Below the pieces are notes generated by a model. That model did not search any database. It had not been told where the DNA came from and saw only the letters and a program-made list of their open reading frames with translations. A program made the position numbers and the translations under genes. A stretch of DNA of 64,000 bases from Caecitellus pseudoparvulus (Eukaryota > Protista > Bigyra: Bicosoecida), in NCBI GenBank assembly GCA_965644315.1, contig CBFFRQ010000086.1:1-64000 (forward strand), read 5' to 3'. This document shows positions 1 through 10,900 of the stretch, piece after piece; position 1 is the stretch's first letter; every line of letters starts with the position of its first letter.

Positions 1-878
1 GCATCTCCCAGGCCCTCCATCCTCAGCACCAGCCCGGCCTGCACAGACTCCACAGTCATGAAGGACGCAGGCTCCAGATCAGGTATGGTCTGCACGGCGC
101 AGGCGGCCGCCGCGGCCTCCGCCTGTGAGAAGCCGGGAGCTGGCAGCAGTGCGTGGCCGCCTCGCGGCATGAAGATTCGTGGTGTCAAGGCAGGTGCCGT
201 CACATCCAGCACGCCCAGAGGGGCGATGACTGCTGTGGACAGGCCTGCGAAGTTCGTGGCGATAGCTGTGAGCCACAGCGTGTCGCCGCCCTCCAGTGCG
301 CTGGAGTTCAGGGTCACCTGAGCCAGGCGGCCACCTGCCACCTGGTCAAGATCAGTCCACGAGGCACTGGATCGCACGGCGTCCCAGCTGCCCACTTCCC
401 GCATGTGCGGCATGGCTTGAGATCCCAGAGCCGTGGCACCCACCGTGAGTGTGAGGGAGCTGAGGCCGGCACCAGCATCAGCCCAATTCGCCAGGGACAG
501 CTTCACGTGGCTCATGGGCGCGATGGACGGCGGGTCACTGCTAGTCTGCGCCACCGCCTCTGCAAGCTGGCCAGCTCTGATATGGGCTGCACTTCCAGCA
601 GACAGAGCCGAGACCTGCAGCGTGCGGGGCGCACAGGCGCTCGCGGCGAGAGCAGGCAGGCGGAGGGTGCGGGTCCACGGCAGGGCTTGCTGCAGCGTGG
701 CAGCTGACACGGAGGCGGCAGTGTTGGTGCCGCATGCTTGCACATCTGGGAGCAGTGTCAGTGTGCCAGGCCGTGGGTGGGTGCGCACGAGGCGCACAGT
801 GGGAGAGGACAGCTGCAGGAGCCCGCCGCCTGTCTTGCGCACCGCGACTTGCACCCGGAAGCCCTGTGCACTTGCCAT
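1..878 (-). CDS. 5'-truncated paralog of the C-terminal FN3-like part of the giant protein at 4985-20448; runs off the window edge; possible pseudogene fragment
   Basis: Hand translation from ATG 878 gives MASAQGFRVQVAVRKTGGGLLQLSSPTVRLVRT...VGATALGSQAMP...LNSSALEGGDTLWLTAIATNFAGLSTAVIAPLGVLDVTAPA...VQAGLVLRMEGLGDA. This is collinear with SAPSFRVRVLVGKVGGGTLEVTSPTVRLIRT...VGATALGSQAMP...LDASALEGGDTMWLTAVVTNYAGLSTVLAAPVGILDATAPA...VQAGLNLHLEGLGDA of the giant ORF. There is an in-frame TGA upstream at 897-899. Confidence 0.85.
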   Translation of the reverse strand, partial: MASAQGFRVQVAVRKTGGGLLQLSSPTVRLVRTHPRPGTLTLLPDVQACGTNTAASVSAATLQQALPWTRTLRLPALAASACAPRTLQVSALSAGSAAHIRAGQLAEAVAQTSSDPPSIAPMSHVKLSLANWADAGAGLSSLTLTVGATALGSQAMPHMREVGSWDAVRSSASWTDLDQVAGGRLAQVTLNSSALEGGDTLWLTAIATNFAGLSTAVIAPLGVLDVTAPALTPRIFMPRGGHALLPAPGFSQAEAAAAACAVQTIPDLEPASFMTVESVQAGLVLRMEGLGD

Positions 879-1010
879 GTTGGCATGAACTGTATGTCAC
901 ACAGAGCAAGACAAGGCTGGCAATCTGTGAAGTCCATACACGCTACGCAACCCCCAATGTTGAACGGCCAGACATGTGGCACGATATTGCATTCCTTGAG
1001 TCGTCTCGTC

Positions 1011-3782
1011 TCACGCCTCCTTTCCCATGAACTCTTCAAACATCGCGTCAAGTTTGTCTTGCGATGTACACGGCTGGCCAGAGCCCGCTGCCTCTTCTGG
1101 TTTGGCACCAGCATTCTCCAAGTATACCCCCACCTCATCGCATGCTTCCTGCAGGATATCCCAGTGCCCCCGCAGGTTGGTGCCGTCCACGATGCGGATG
1201 CCCAGCTGCCCCTCCACATGCCCTCGCATGCCGTCTGGGACTGTGTGCGTCAATGCGATCATGGCGCCGCCATCCTCAACGTGAAAATCCTCCCCCCCGA
1301 CGTAGGCCTGGAAGAGCCTGTCCCATGCTGGCATCTGATGAGGCCTTAGTTTGCGCTTGTTGTACATCGCTTTCGCGGCAGCAATCAAGTCACCCACAGC
1401 ACGCACGACGGGCACGTGCCTTCGCTCGATGTCCTCCCGCTTCGCTCTGCCGTACGGCTCCACACCCATCAAGCCTTCCACTGCCGTCCGCACCGCGGCA
1501 GCTCCCGCTTTGCTCTCGTCCCCTTTCTCCAGCGTCTTCTGGTTGGCTCGCTTCACCTGCACACGCATGATCCACACAGTCGTCACGCCGTCCTTCTCTT
1601 CGTAGGACACCCGAATCACGTCGCCACCGTAGGCATCTGGGAGCTCCTTCATCCAGAATGAACCCTTGCGGAGAGCCAAGTATTCCTTGAAACTGTCGCC
1701 AGCCTGCTCAAGAGCCTCGTACGCAGCTCGTGCACGTGCACTCCAATCTGCCTCAGCCCCGGCTGCCTGGCCTCCACCGCCTGCTCCGCCAGCTCCCGCT
1801 GCGGCGTGTGGTGGTCCAACACTCTCCGCTGGTGCAGCCGCTTGTGCTGGTGGGTCTGCTGTGCGGCCTGTCACGACTGTCATGCGCACCCCCGCTAGCT
1901 TCCCGCCTTCGGTGTCGCTGTTGCTGGCCTTGACAGCTTGTTTGGGGGGACCTGCTTCGCCTTCGCTGCTCTCTTCTTCTCCACCTTCGTCCTCCACGAG
2001 GACATCACCATCTTGGTCTGGCATCCTTGCCAGGGCACGAGTAATGGGCAACTCGGCCCTCTCTCCGCACCCGTCATGTCGCATCCACACCATGATGTCG
2101 TCGTGCACATCCCCACGCCCAAACCTGCGGTACACTTCAAGGCTGGCGAGTCCCAGGCCTTTCCCGTGCTCCACAAGCCAACCTTTGTCGATGGCGTCGT
2201 CAACCAGTCTCGTGGCGGTCTTGGTGGCGGCATCTGTTCTCGCTGTTCCTTCCCCTGCTGCTGCAGCGGCTGGCTGCTCAGGAATCCCTGCCAGTTTTCT
2301 CGTGAGCTTGTCTCTTGGTACGACGTAGTTTGAGGAGCGGAATCCGAGCGCCGTGGCTCTCGGCAGCTTTGCCCGCTTGGCAGCCGGCAAGCTCGCTAAG
2401 AATGGGTCGATCACCTGCTGGAATAAGGTGCTGGGTGGGCTGCTGTCAGGGTGTCGCCGAGGTACTGGGAGGTCTGGCCAGGGCGCACCTGGAATCCAAT
2501 CAGGCAGACACTTTCTTGCAGCACGCATCAGTTCCCGGGGTGTGTGCCCGTACAGCTCCAGGACCTGCTCCAGGGAGGACTTGAGCTTCTCCCCATCGCT
2601 CGTCTCCTCTTCCCCCAAGCGCTCCAGAAACATCGCGTCAAGCTTCTTCGCCATTTCCAGCGCTGCTTCTGACGGCTGCCTCTCCTCCTTCGCCACTGTA
2701 CCAGACGACTCCTGTGCTGCGTCCACCACTGCACCAGGAGTCTGCGCCTCTGCTTCCTCTCTGTACAGGGTGAATGAAGGGTCCACCGTCTTGCACGCGT
2801 GTGTGAGCAGGAAGGCCTTGAGGGACGTCTCCGTCCACACGGCACCTTCAATGCGCATGTGTTGGAATTTGTCCCCGTTCCAGTTCGCCCGCAGTGACGC
2901 ATGTGTGTACTCAGGTGGGAAGTCATGGGCTGATCCGTCAGACAGGAACAGCTGTCGGGAGCGCTGAAAGCTTGCACAGATCACCATGCCAATGGTAGGA
3001 TCGTCCACGCCAAGGATGCCCTGCAATTGCCCATGCCATCGTTTGGCGAGGTTGGAGTCGAACTTGAGTCCCTGGAAGAGGTGTTCCGCTTCATCAACAA
3101 TTACGATGACCGCGATGCCAGCTTGCCTCAGTAAAGCGCTTGCGATGTCCAGCCGGTCATGATTCCCGGCATTCTTCACTGCTTCGCGCACTTCAGGTGA
3201 CAGAGCCTTGGTGCCGTCACGCAAGGTAAAGATGGCTGGAAGCTGCTCCTCGTGCACTTGTTCGTCTTCCGAACCTGTCGCATGGGTGGCGAGATTGCGG
3301 AGAACCTCTGCCACCTCTGGGTGTCGATGCAAGCGGCCAAGCTTGTTGGCGATGTTCTTGAAGAGCCACTCGTGGAAGTTCTTTGGGTCCGTGGAACTGC
3401 GTCGTTGGAGATCGATGCGGAAGCAGATTGTGAGCCTTCCGTCTGCCTCTTTCCTGTTGTCCTCCTCCATAACAGTGACAATCGCTTTGAAAAGGCGGGA
3501 CTTCCCGACGCCCTTTGGACCGCAGATCAAGCACGTCTGTGCCTCTTCATGTTCGTGCATGCTGTTTATCATGGCTACCATAGCAACAAACGCTGGCTTA
3601 AGGTGTTCCATGGGCAGAAACTTGGCAGCCTTGCTGAGCACCATCTTCTTCCACAGCTCTACAGCTTTCTTACGCAGGCGGTTTGGGTGGTCAAGAGGCA
3701 ATCCAGACCTGCACAGCCTCTCAAACGGCCCTATCTTGTGCCCACTGGCTCCAGCCTCCGTGGGTACTTCTGCTGCCGCCAT
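1011..3782 (-). CDS. P-loop NTPase (STAND/AAA+-like, Crinkler CR-NTPase-like) + wHTH + C-terminal Mrr-like PD-(D/E)XK nuclease, about 923 aa, intronless
   Basis: Walker A LICGPKGVGKS, Walker B VIVIVDEAE, sensor-like MVICAS, GxP-like YGHTPREL and wHTH-like LVDDAIDKGWL. Nuclease-like motifs follow: GERAE / PDAYGGDVI / RVQVK / IRIVDGTNL. The ORF track starts at GTG 3872; the first ATG is 3782. Confidence 0.75.
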   Translation of the reverse strand: MAAAEVPTEAGASGHKIGPFERLCRSGLPLDHPNRLRKKAVELWKKMVLSKAAKFLPMEHLKPAFVAMVAMINSMHEHEEAQTCLICGPKGVGKSRLFKAIVTVMEEDNRKEADGRLTICFRIDLQRRSSTDPKNFHEWLFKNIANKLGRLHRHPEVAEVLRNLATHATGSEDEQVHEEQLPAIFTLRDGTKALSPEVREAVKNAGNHDRLDIASALLRQAGIAVIVIVDEAEHLFQGLKFDSNLAKRWHGQLQGILGVDDPTIGMVICASFQRSRQLFLSDGSAHDFPPEYTHASLRANWNGDKFQHMRIEGAVWTETSLKAFLLTHACKTVDPSFTLYREEAEAQTPGAVVDAAQESSGTVAKEERQPSEAALEMAKKLDAMFLERLGEEETSDGEKLKSSLEQVLELYGHTPRELMRAARKCLPDWIPGAPWPDLPVPRRHPDSSPPSTLFQQVIDPFLASLPAAKRAKLPRATALGFRSSNYVVPRDKLTRKLAGIPEQPAAAAAGEGTARTDAATKTATRLVDDAIDKGWLVEHGKGLGLASLEVYRRFGRGDVHDDIMVWMRHDGCGERAELPITRALARMPDQDGDVLVEDEGGEEESSEGEAGPPKQAVKASNSDTEGGKLAGVRMTVVTGRTADPPAQAAAPAESVGPPHAAAGAGGAGGGGQAAGAEADWSARARAAYEALEQAGDSFKEYLALRKGSFWMKELPDAYGGDVIRVSYEEKDGVTTVWIMRVQVKRANQKTLEKGDESKAGAAAVRTAVEGLMGVEPYGRAKREDIERRHVPVVRAVGDLIAAAKAMYNKRKLRPHQMPAWDRLFQAYVGGEDFHVEDGGAMIALTHTVPDGMRGHVEGQLGIRIVDGTNLRGHWDILQEACDEVGVYLENAGAKPEEAAGSGQPCTSQDKLDAMFEEFMGKEA

Positions 3783-4984
3783 GCCTGCGAGATCATGCAA
3801 GGCGGGTTCTACCGGCGCAAGGGCTGGCAACGCGGCCGCAGCAGTAGCCCGAGATCTCGCAATGGACGCCACTTCACGTCACAAAGCGTGCACTCACTGC
3901 TTGCTCTTTGTGCTTCTCAGCCACCTTTACTGCACAGCTGGGACGCGCAGCTTCGAACTCGACGCCTACGCCGCTTGCAAAATGGTGCAGTGCGGAAATT
4001 GAGCCGCCACACACCACGCAACGCCAGCTCCGGCTGCGCCCAGCCAGGCGCGCGCCAGGTGCAAGCAACCACCGAAGACAATGATGTGCTGCACATGAAC
4101 TGTGATGGGCCGAGTGCGAAGGTGGCGATGGACGTGATGGGGGGTTTGGGTGTTGCATGGTGAATGCCGTTGCCGGCAAGAATGCTTCTGCGCTGAGCGT
4201 GAGGGGTGTCAAGCCCCCCTCAGACGTGCACAACGACGCAGGGTGAGCCTCCAAGCTCCCTGTACTCCCTCATGTCCCAGACTCGCGTGATCTCGACAGT
4301 TCATGCTACTTGGTCTCGAGATTACCCACCTGCGCCACTCCACAGCCAAGTCCGGCTCCAACGGCAGCTCCCACATACACGCTCCCACATGCTTCCTGTC
4401 GAGCGCATGGCGAGGCGCCTGAGCAAGGGGAGCCCTCCCTTGGCCATGGCCACCTACTGTGGTTGGTTGCAGCCCAGTCGCTTGGTGCTAGTACATTCCC
4501 CACCGCCCTGCATGACTCTGTGGTCCTCAGACGAAGCCCAAAGTCATGTCATTTTCTTGGGCAAGTTGGTCACGTTTGCAATCACGAGCTCGGTAGGACT
4601 CGCCTTCAACGCGAGGCGGTGTCCCCACGTGCAGTTCGAAATGCTTGCATGTCCACCACCGAGTAGCACTGCGCCACAGGCCCCTGAGAGCTTGCGATCA
4701 GCGACAAACCCTGCTCAAGTGCCGGAATGGTGTGCTCTGTCACAGACGCTGCATGTGCGCCCTTGCCCACGTCCAACCTCAACATGAAGGTGACAAGGCA
4801 CTTTGCTACAGCTCAGCTACACGTTGTGTCTTGTAGTGTGGGGACTCCCCACATCTCCGCGTGCTCGGTCAAGTCCGCGATCTGCTGCAATGGGGTCAGA
4901 CCGGGTCGCGCAGCGAGCGTGCAGCACGACGACCGCATGGGAGACAGAAAGCTGCATTTGGAAGGTACACCACCTGCACAGCAG

Positions 4985-7900
4985 CTACAAAGCCACACAC
5001 AGCACGCCCCGGACATCCTCCACGACACAGGAGGCGTCCTGTGCTGCATCACACAGGGCTCGGGCGCCGTCCGACGTGATCCAGGCGCCCCATGTCCCAG
5101 CTCCGTTCTTGGCCCGCACACTCACGAAGAGCGTGCCGCCAGACGGCCAGGTGAAGCCATCGTCAGCTTGGTCTGCCCCAGTCAGCAGGGCACTGGCTTC
5201 GAGGGAGTCACCCACGAGCCTGCAAGGCATGATGTCATCTCGCCCGGCGTCGGAGCCGGTGCTGCCAATGCACCACTCGTACTGCACGATGCCTGACTCC
5301 GTGTCAGCTGCTAGGGTCCATGAGGCTTGGAACACTGCCCCAGGACTGCCCAGGATGCAGTCCGCGTCCACGTCACCGCCATCACGCACCTCCACTTCGT
5401 CGCTCCAGGTGGGCGCCGTGCCGTCCAGCAGCACGGGCTGCCCCAGCACGAGCTGCTGCGAGCCCGCACCATTGGCCACCTGGGCAACAGGGAAGAGGCG
5501 GTCGGCATGTCCCCAGGGCACAGGCGGCACGGCGAGAGTGAGTGCGGTGGGGGCTGGGGTAATGAGGAGAGAGCCTTGCACGGCCCAGCCCGAGGCTTGG
5601 TCCTCCCCGCAAGCACACAGGCCACCTTGGAAGGCGACCTCTGCGCCTGTATCGACCCGCCCAGCCACCACGCCTGATGCAGAGGAGGGCGAGCAGGTGT
5701 CGTCTTCGGCCAACACAGGCGCCAGTTCAGAAGGACTGGCAAGCACGGCAGCACTGGCGGTCGCGTTCCACGCCCAAGGGACGACCAGGACCGACAGAGC
5801 CACAGTGGCAAGGCCGGATTGGGCATCTCCCAGACCCTCCAAGTGCAGGTTGAGCCCCGCTTGCACCGCGTCCAAGGCAAGGAATGAAGCTCCCTCAGCA
5901 GCTGCACCCGGCTGTGCGGCATCACATGCCGCAGAAGCCAGCTCGGCAGGTGTAGCTCCAGGCGGTGGGTAGGTGCTGGTGGTGGCGGACCAGACCGCCA
6001 AACTGGGAGCTGCAGCTGGAGCGGTGGCATCCAGGATGCCGACAGGTGCAGCCAACACGGTGCTGAGGCCAGCATAGTTTGTCACCACTGCCGTGAGCCA
6101 CATCGTGTCACCGCCCTCCAGTGCGCTGGCGTCCAGCGCCACAGTGACCGTCCGGTCTGCAGACGCGCCCAAGGAGTCTTCCCAGGTTGTGGCGTTGGAC
6201 ACCACACTCCAGTGTCCCACCTCCCGCACCCCGGGCATGGCTTGGGAGCCCAGGGCTGTGGCACCCACTGCAAGGTGCAGGGAAGCCAGGCCTGCTCTGT
6301 CGTCCGACCAGCCAGCCAGGCGCACGGAGAGGCGGGGCAGGAGGGAGATGAAGGGCATTTCAGCGGCAGCTGCACTGGAGACGATGGTTGCCACATCAGC
6401 GGCTGTCAGCTGTTCGGCTGCTGCGGGCGGCAGTTGGGCACTGGGCAGCTGGCGTGGCGCGCAGGCGCTGGGCGCGAGCGCTGCCAGGGGGAACAGTCGC
6501 GTCCACGGCTTGGCTTCCTGCAGGGCAGCTGCCGGCACCGCAGGCAGCGCACTCTGCCCGCTGCAGACAACCGAGTCTGGCAAGTGCACCAAGTGGCCCG
6601 CTGCAGGTGGCGTGCGGATGAGGCGGACTGTGGGGGACGTCACCTCCAGGGTGCCGCCACCAACCTTGCCCACCAGCACTCGCACTCTGAAGCTGGGCGC
6701 GCTCTCCAGCGCACCTGCCAGCTGCACGGCAACGGGCAGTCCCACGGCTGCAAAGGGCTCCTGCCACAACTCAGCAGCGGCCACGGAGCCCGAGGCTACG
6801 CTGGTCGTGCCCGCCTGGTCCACGGCCAGCACCTCCCATGCGAGGCCGCTCAGCGGCACAGACATTTCGTCGACGATGGGCAGGTGGAAGAGCACATCCT
6901 TGTGGCCCGCTTGCACCCAGCGCTGGGTGGGAGGAGACCAGGCTGCGCTGGACACCGGCAGGGGCACCTGTGGTCCCGTCGGCGTCGCAGCTTGAGGCTG
7001 CACCTGCGCCTGCACCGCGTCCAGTACCAGGATGGGCGACATGAACACAGAGCGCGTCCCAGCGCCGTTCGTGGCACGCAGCAAAACGGCAGTCACGCCG
7101 TCGCCCAGGTCAGCAGGGCTGAGGCTCACGAAGACGGCGTCTGGGTTGCGGGTGACGAAGGGCGCGTCCTGCGCTGGCTGCCACTCAAGGGAGGACAGGG
7201 AGGACGCGGCACAGCCGGCCTTCAAGGGGCCCTGCAGCAGCGCTATGTCTAGCGCACTGATGCCGCTGGTGGTGTCCACAGGGGCGGGGAGACGCAGGGA
7301 CACGCCGGCCTGGGCATCGCCCACAACCAGCTCGTGTCGCAGCTCCTCGCCGCAGGCGACGTCGCTGCCACGCAGTCCAGGTGTCAAGGCGGCGGTCGAT
7401 ACAACACCTGCTTCGGCAGCCGGAGCGGCGGCGGCGGCCAGCGCAGCATGCACGGCACCTGAGTGCAGGCCGGAAGCCCCAAACCAAGCCCCCTGCAGCA
7501 TGGCCACGCTGCCGGTCCAGGCGGGCGCGGACCACGGCAAGTCCACACGGATGGCGGGGGACGCACCGACGACCTCGCCGCCGTCCTCCACAACCACTTG
7601 GACGGAAGCCACCACGGCAGAGTCCTGAGGCATGGTCAGGCCTGTGAACGTCGCGTTGCCTGTGGAGACATACACGCCTGCCCGCGGGTTCTGCACTTCC
7701 AGGCTTGCGACGCTGATTTCCAGGGAGCCAAACACGCTGTCGGCCGCGGCCCCGGCAATGTGCCCCAGCGTTGCTACGAGGCTGGCGACGGGCGACGCAG
7801 AGGTGATGGTCCAGCCAACGCGCACCTCGGAGGAGCTGGGGGTGAACAGGGCTTCCTCGCCGTCGGTGCCGAGCACGAAGACCTCCGCGACAGGAGCGCC

Positions 7901-10900
7901 AAGTGCAACCTGCACTGCCGTCGAACGGCCTTCAGACACAGTACCTGCTGCGTTGCCGGACTGCACGACCACTTCAAAGACTGTACCAGCGGCAAGCGCC
8001 ACGTCCAAGCACAGATCCCCTGGCGCACACGCGACAGTCCACGTGGCTGAGGTGGCCGTGCCAACGTCTCGCAACGGTGCGATCCACGACGAGGTTGTGG
8101 CATCCCACAGGCCCACCCAGTGCTGCAGCTCCGTGCCAGCCAGGGCGGCATCAGCGTCTTCCACTTGCCAGCAAGCCTCCACGCCACCCTGCTCTGCGGT
8201 CCACGTGGCGTCAGCGAGGGTCTGCACGAGGCCTTGCCGGTGACCACACTGGGCGCCGGTGCGAATGGCGACGTAGGTTGGCACCGCATTGGACACGACG
8301 AAGCCATTGGTGGACACGTCTGTGACGAGGCCGGCGCTGGTCACGATGCGCAACACGCCGTACACCCAGCCAGTGGCGGTGGGGGGCAGGGCAACGAAGC
8401 ACTCGCCTGCTGAGAAGTCGTCCGAGTGTGGCACGTCCAGGAACGGCATGATGTCGACAGTGTTGGGAGCACTGCCCCACCCGCACTGCACGCCGACGAT
8501 GTCGCTCTCTGCGTCGGTGGCCCGCAGCCACCTCAGCTTCGCGATGCCGTCCGCGACGAGCTGTGCGTCGGCCGTGGGCGAGACAGGTTTGGCAAGGGGC
8601 ACCGGGGCCAGCCCAGCGACATCCCACACAGCCTGCACCTTGGGCGGTGTGGCGTCAGCGGGAACGCCCACGAGGGCGATGCTCGCCAGGCGCCCGGCCG
8701 CATCCCCGGCTGCCACGCCGATGTACCCTCGCTGGCCGTGCTGCAAGCGAGCAGCTGAGGCTCCCAGCAAGTCCAGGGCGCTGGCCGTGACCCCAGGCGC
8801 CAGCGCCAGTCGTGTGCCGTCCGAACGCAGCACCTGCTGCCCGCCCAGCCCCGTGCCGACAGCATGCACCAGGGTGTCGAGAGACGTCTCCGCATCCGTT
8901 GCAGCCGAAGCGTTGAGCGCGAAGGTGATGCCCGCGCCGGCACCAGACACAGCGCAGGGCAGGCACAGGCCGACACTGTCCCCCGAGCCAGCCTTGAAGG
9001 TCCCTAGGGGGCAGGGCACGCACGACCCGTCGTGGCTGAAAGTCCCTGCCCCGCACGTGCCGGATGCCGTGGGCGGGGTGGGCAGTGTGTAGGCAGCAGG
9101 GCAGGAGCCAGCACATGGTACACAGGACCCGGTGCTCGCGTCCAGTCTGAAGCCTGCCTCGCAGTGGCACGTACCACCGCCGCTTGCGAAGTCGGGCACA
9201 AATGCCGCATTGCTGTCCACACACGCACAGGTTGTGCGGTCTGTGCCGGCTGGCACAACCGCGAGCGTGGCTGCTTGCAGGCGCAGGGAGCTCGCGACGT
9301 CGGGGGCGCTGTCGTCGCAGGTGATGCCGTCTGAAGCCACGTGGGTAGTCAGGCCCGCCGTGTTGGTGGCCCACACTGAGGTAAACACAGCCTGACCGGG
9401 CTGCAAGTTCAAGCCACTGGCCGTTGCAAAGGTGCGGCGGCCCACGGAAGATCGCGGGATGATGTCGCAGTCCCCAGCAGCATGGCCTGCGCACCACTCG
9501 TACCTGGTGATGCCTCCGGCGTCAAAGAAGCTGCCCCAAGTGGCTCGCACAGCAGAGCAGTCAGACGTCGCGTCATCATCGACGCCGACATGCATGGAAT
9601 CCCACACCGTGCCGGCCAGGGGGCCAGTCGTCACTACTGCGGCTGCGTTGGAGGTGACTGTCGTGCTGAGCCCGGCCGCGTTCACAGCCGTCACCTCGCA
9701 CGTGTACTGCTGCTGGTTAGCCAGCTCTGATCCAGGGGAGAAAGTGAAGGTGTGCGTGGCAGGGGAGGCGGCCAGGACCTGCACCGGACCGGAGCGGACT
9801 GCCCCACGGGGACCACCCTCGCGCAACACGACTTCGTAGTGTGCAATGGGCGCGACATCGTCAGAGAAGCCCTCCCAGGAGCAGGCAAAGGCGGAATCGT
9901 CGGTGGTGAAGGACAGGTCGCTCTGCACTCCGTCCCACGCCCTGCCAGGCAGAGGCGGCGTGACGTCAGGGATGACGGCGCGGGACACAGTCTTGCTGGC
10001 ATGCCCCGCCGCATTCAGGCCCACCAATGACACGTGGTACTCCTGCCCTTGCACGAGGTCCAGCTCCACAAACGTCACATTGGTCACATGGAACGTGTCT
10101 TCGAACACGCGCACTTGCTGGCCGTAGGGACTGCTGCCGAGGGCGGCAGTGTACGTCACTTCAGCGGAAGGGGACTCGGCATCATCAAAGGCGGCCCACG
10201 TTGCGCTGATGGTGGTGAGTGAGGCGATGTAGAGGGTGTCTGGGAGGCCCGATGCGGCGAGGTTGATCGCCCCTGTGAGCCCAACTGCAGAAGGCGTGGA
10301 TGCCGTCGTGTCGGGTGTGAAGTCTGTGTAAAACGCTCGGGTGGTAATGCCGATGCGGGCGAGAACTGTGACAGTGTACTGCGTCCCAGGCGTGAGGGTC
10401 AGGCCGTACACACGGGCATGTGTGGCTGTGCCCACGTCGGTCAGCGCCTTCACGTCCCCAACGCCAGCAGCAGTGCCCAAAGCCCACTGGAAGGTGAAGT
10501 GCGGCACAGCTGTGCCGTTCTCAGTGTCCCCCGTGCTGGTCCAGGTCTCTCCAGGCGGCGCCAGGGTGTTTGACAGCACACTCCACTCAACTTCTAGATG
10601 CTTGTCCGAGCTGGTGTAGGTGGCCAGCACAGGGGATGGCTCCGTGCCCACTGTCACGCCACGCCCGTCCAACTGCACCGCGCCAGTCGTGTCGATGACG
10701 ACACCAGGCGCAGTCACGCTTGTCGTGCGCCCTGCACGGTTGGTCATGTACACTGTCACATAGTACTTCTCGCCATCCACCAGGGCAGCGTCAAGGACGC
10801 AAGAGGTGGACGTGCCGACGTCAGTGCGAGGCACGATGTTACATGCGCCTCGGAGGGTGCCAGCGCAGCAAGCGAAGGACTGCAGCCCAGACTCCTCGTC

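Noticed and set aside
1011-3782. Classical DDE transposase, retroelement or virophage/Polinton packaging ATPase
   Set aside because: I recognised no DDE, RT, integrase, capsid or polB motifs and no long terminal repeats; the motif order fits NTPase+REase better.
4606-4785. Small minus-strand ORF with a Dpy-30-like stretch (VTEHTIPALEQGLSLIA)
   Set aside because: The resemblance is short and lacks the RP..P..(F/Y)LA half; it is consistent with chance.
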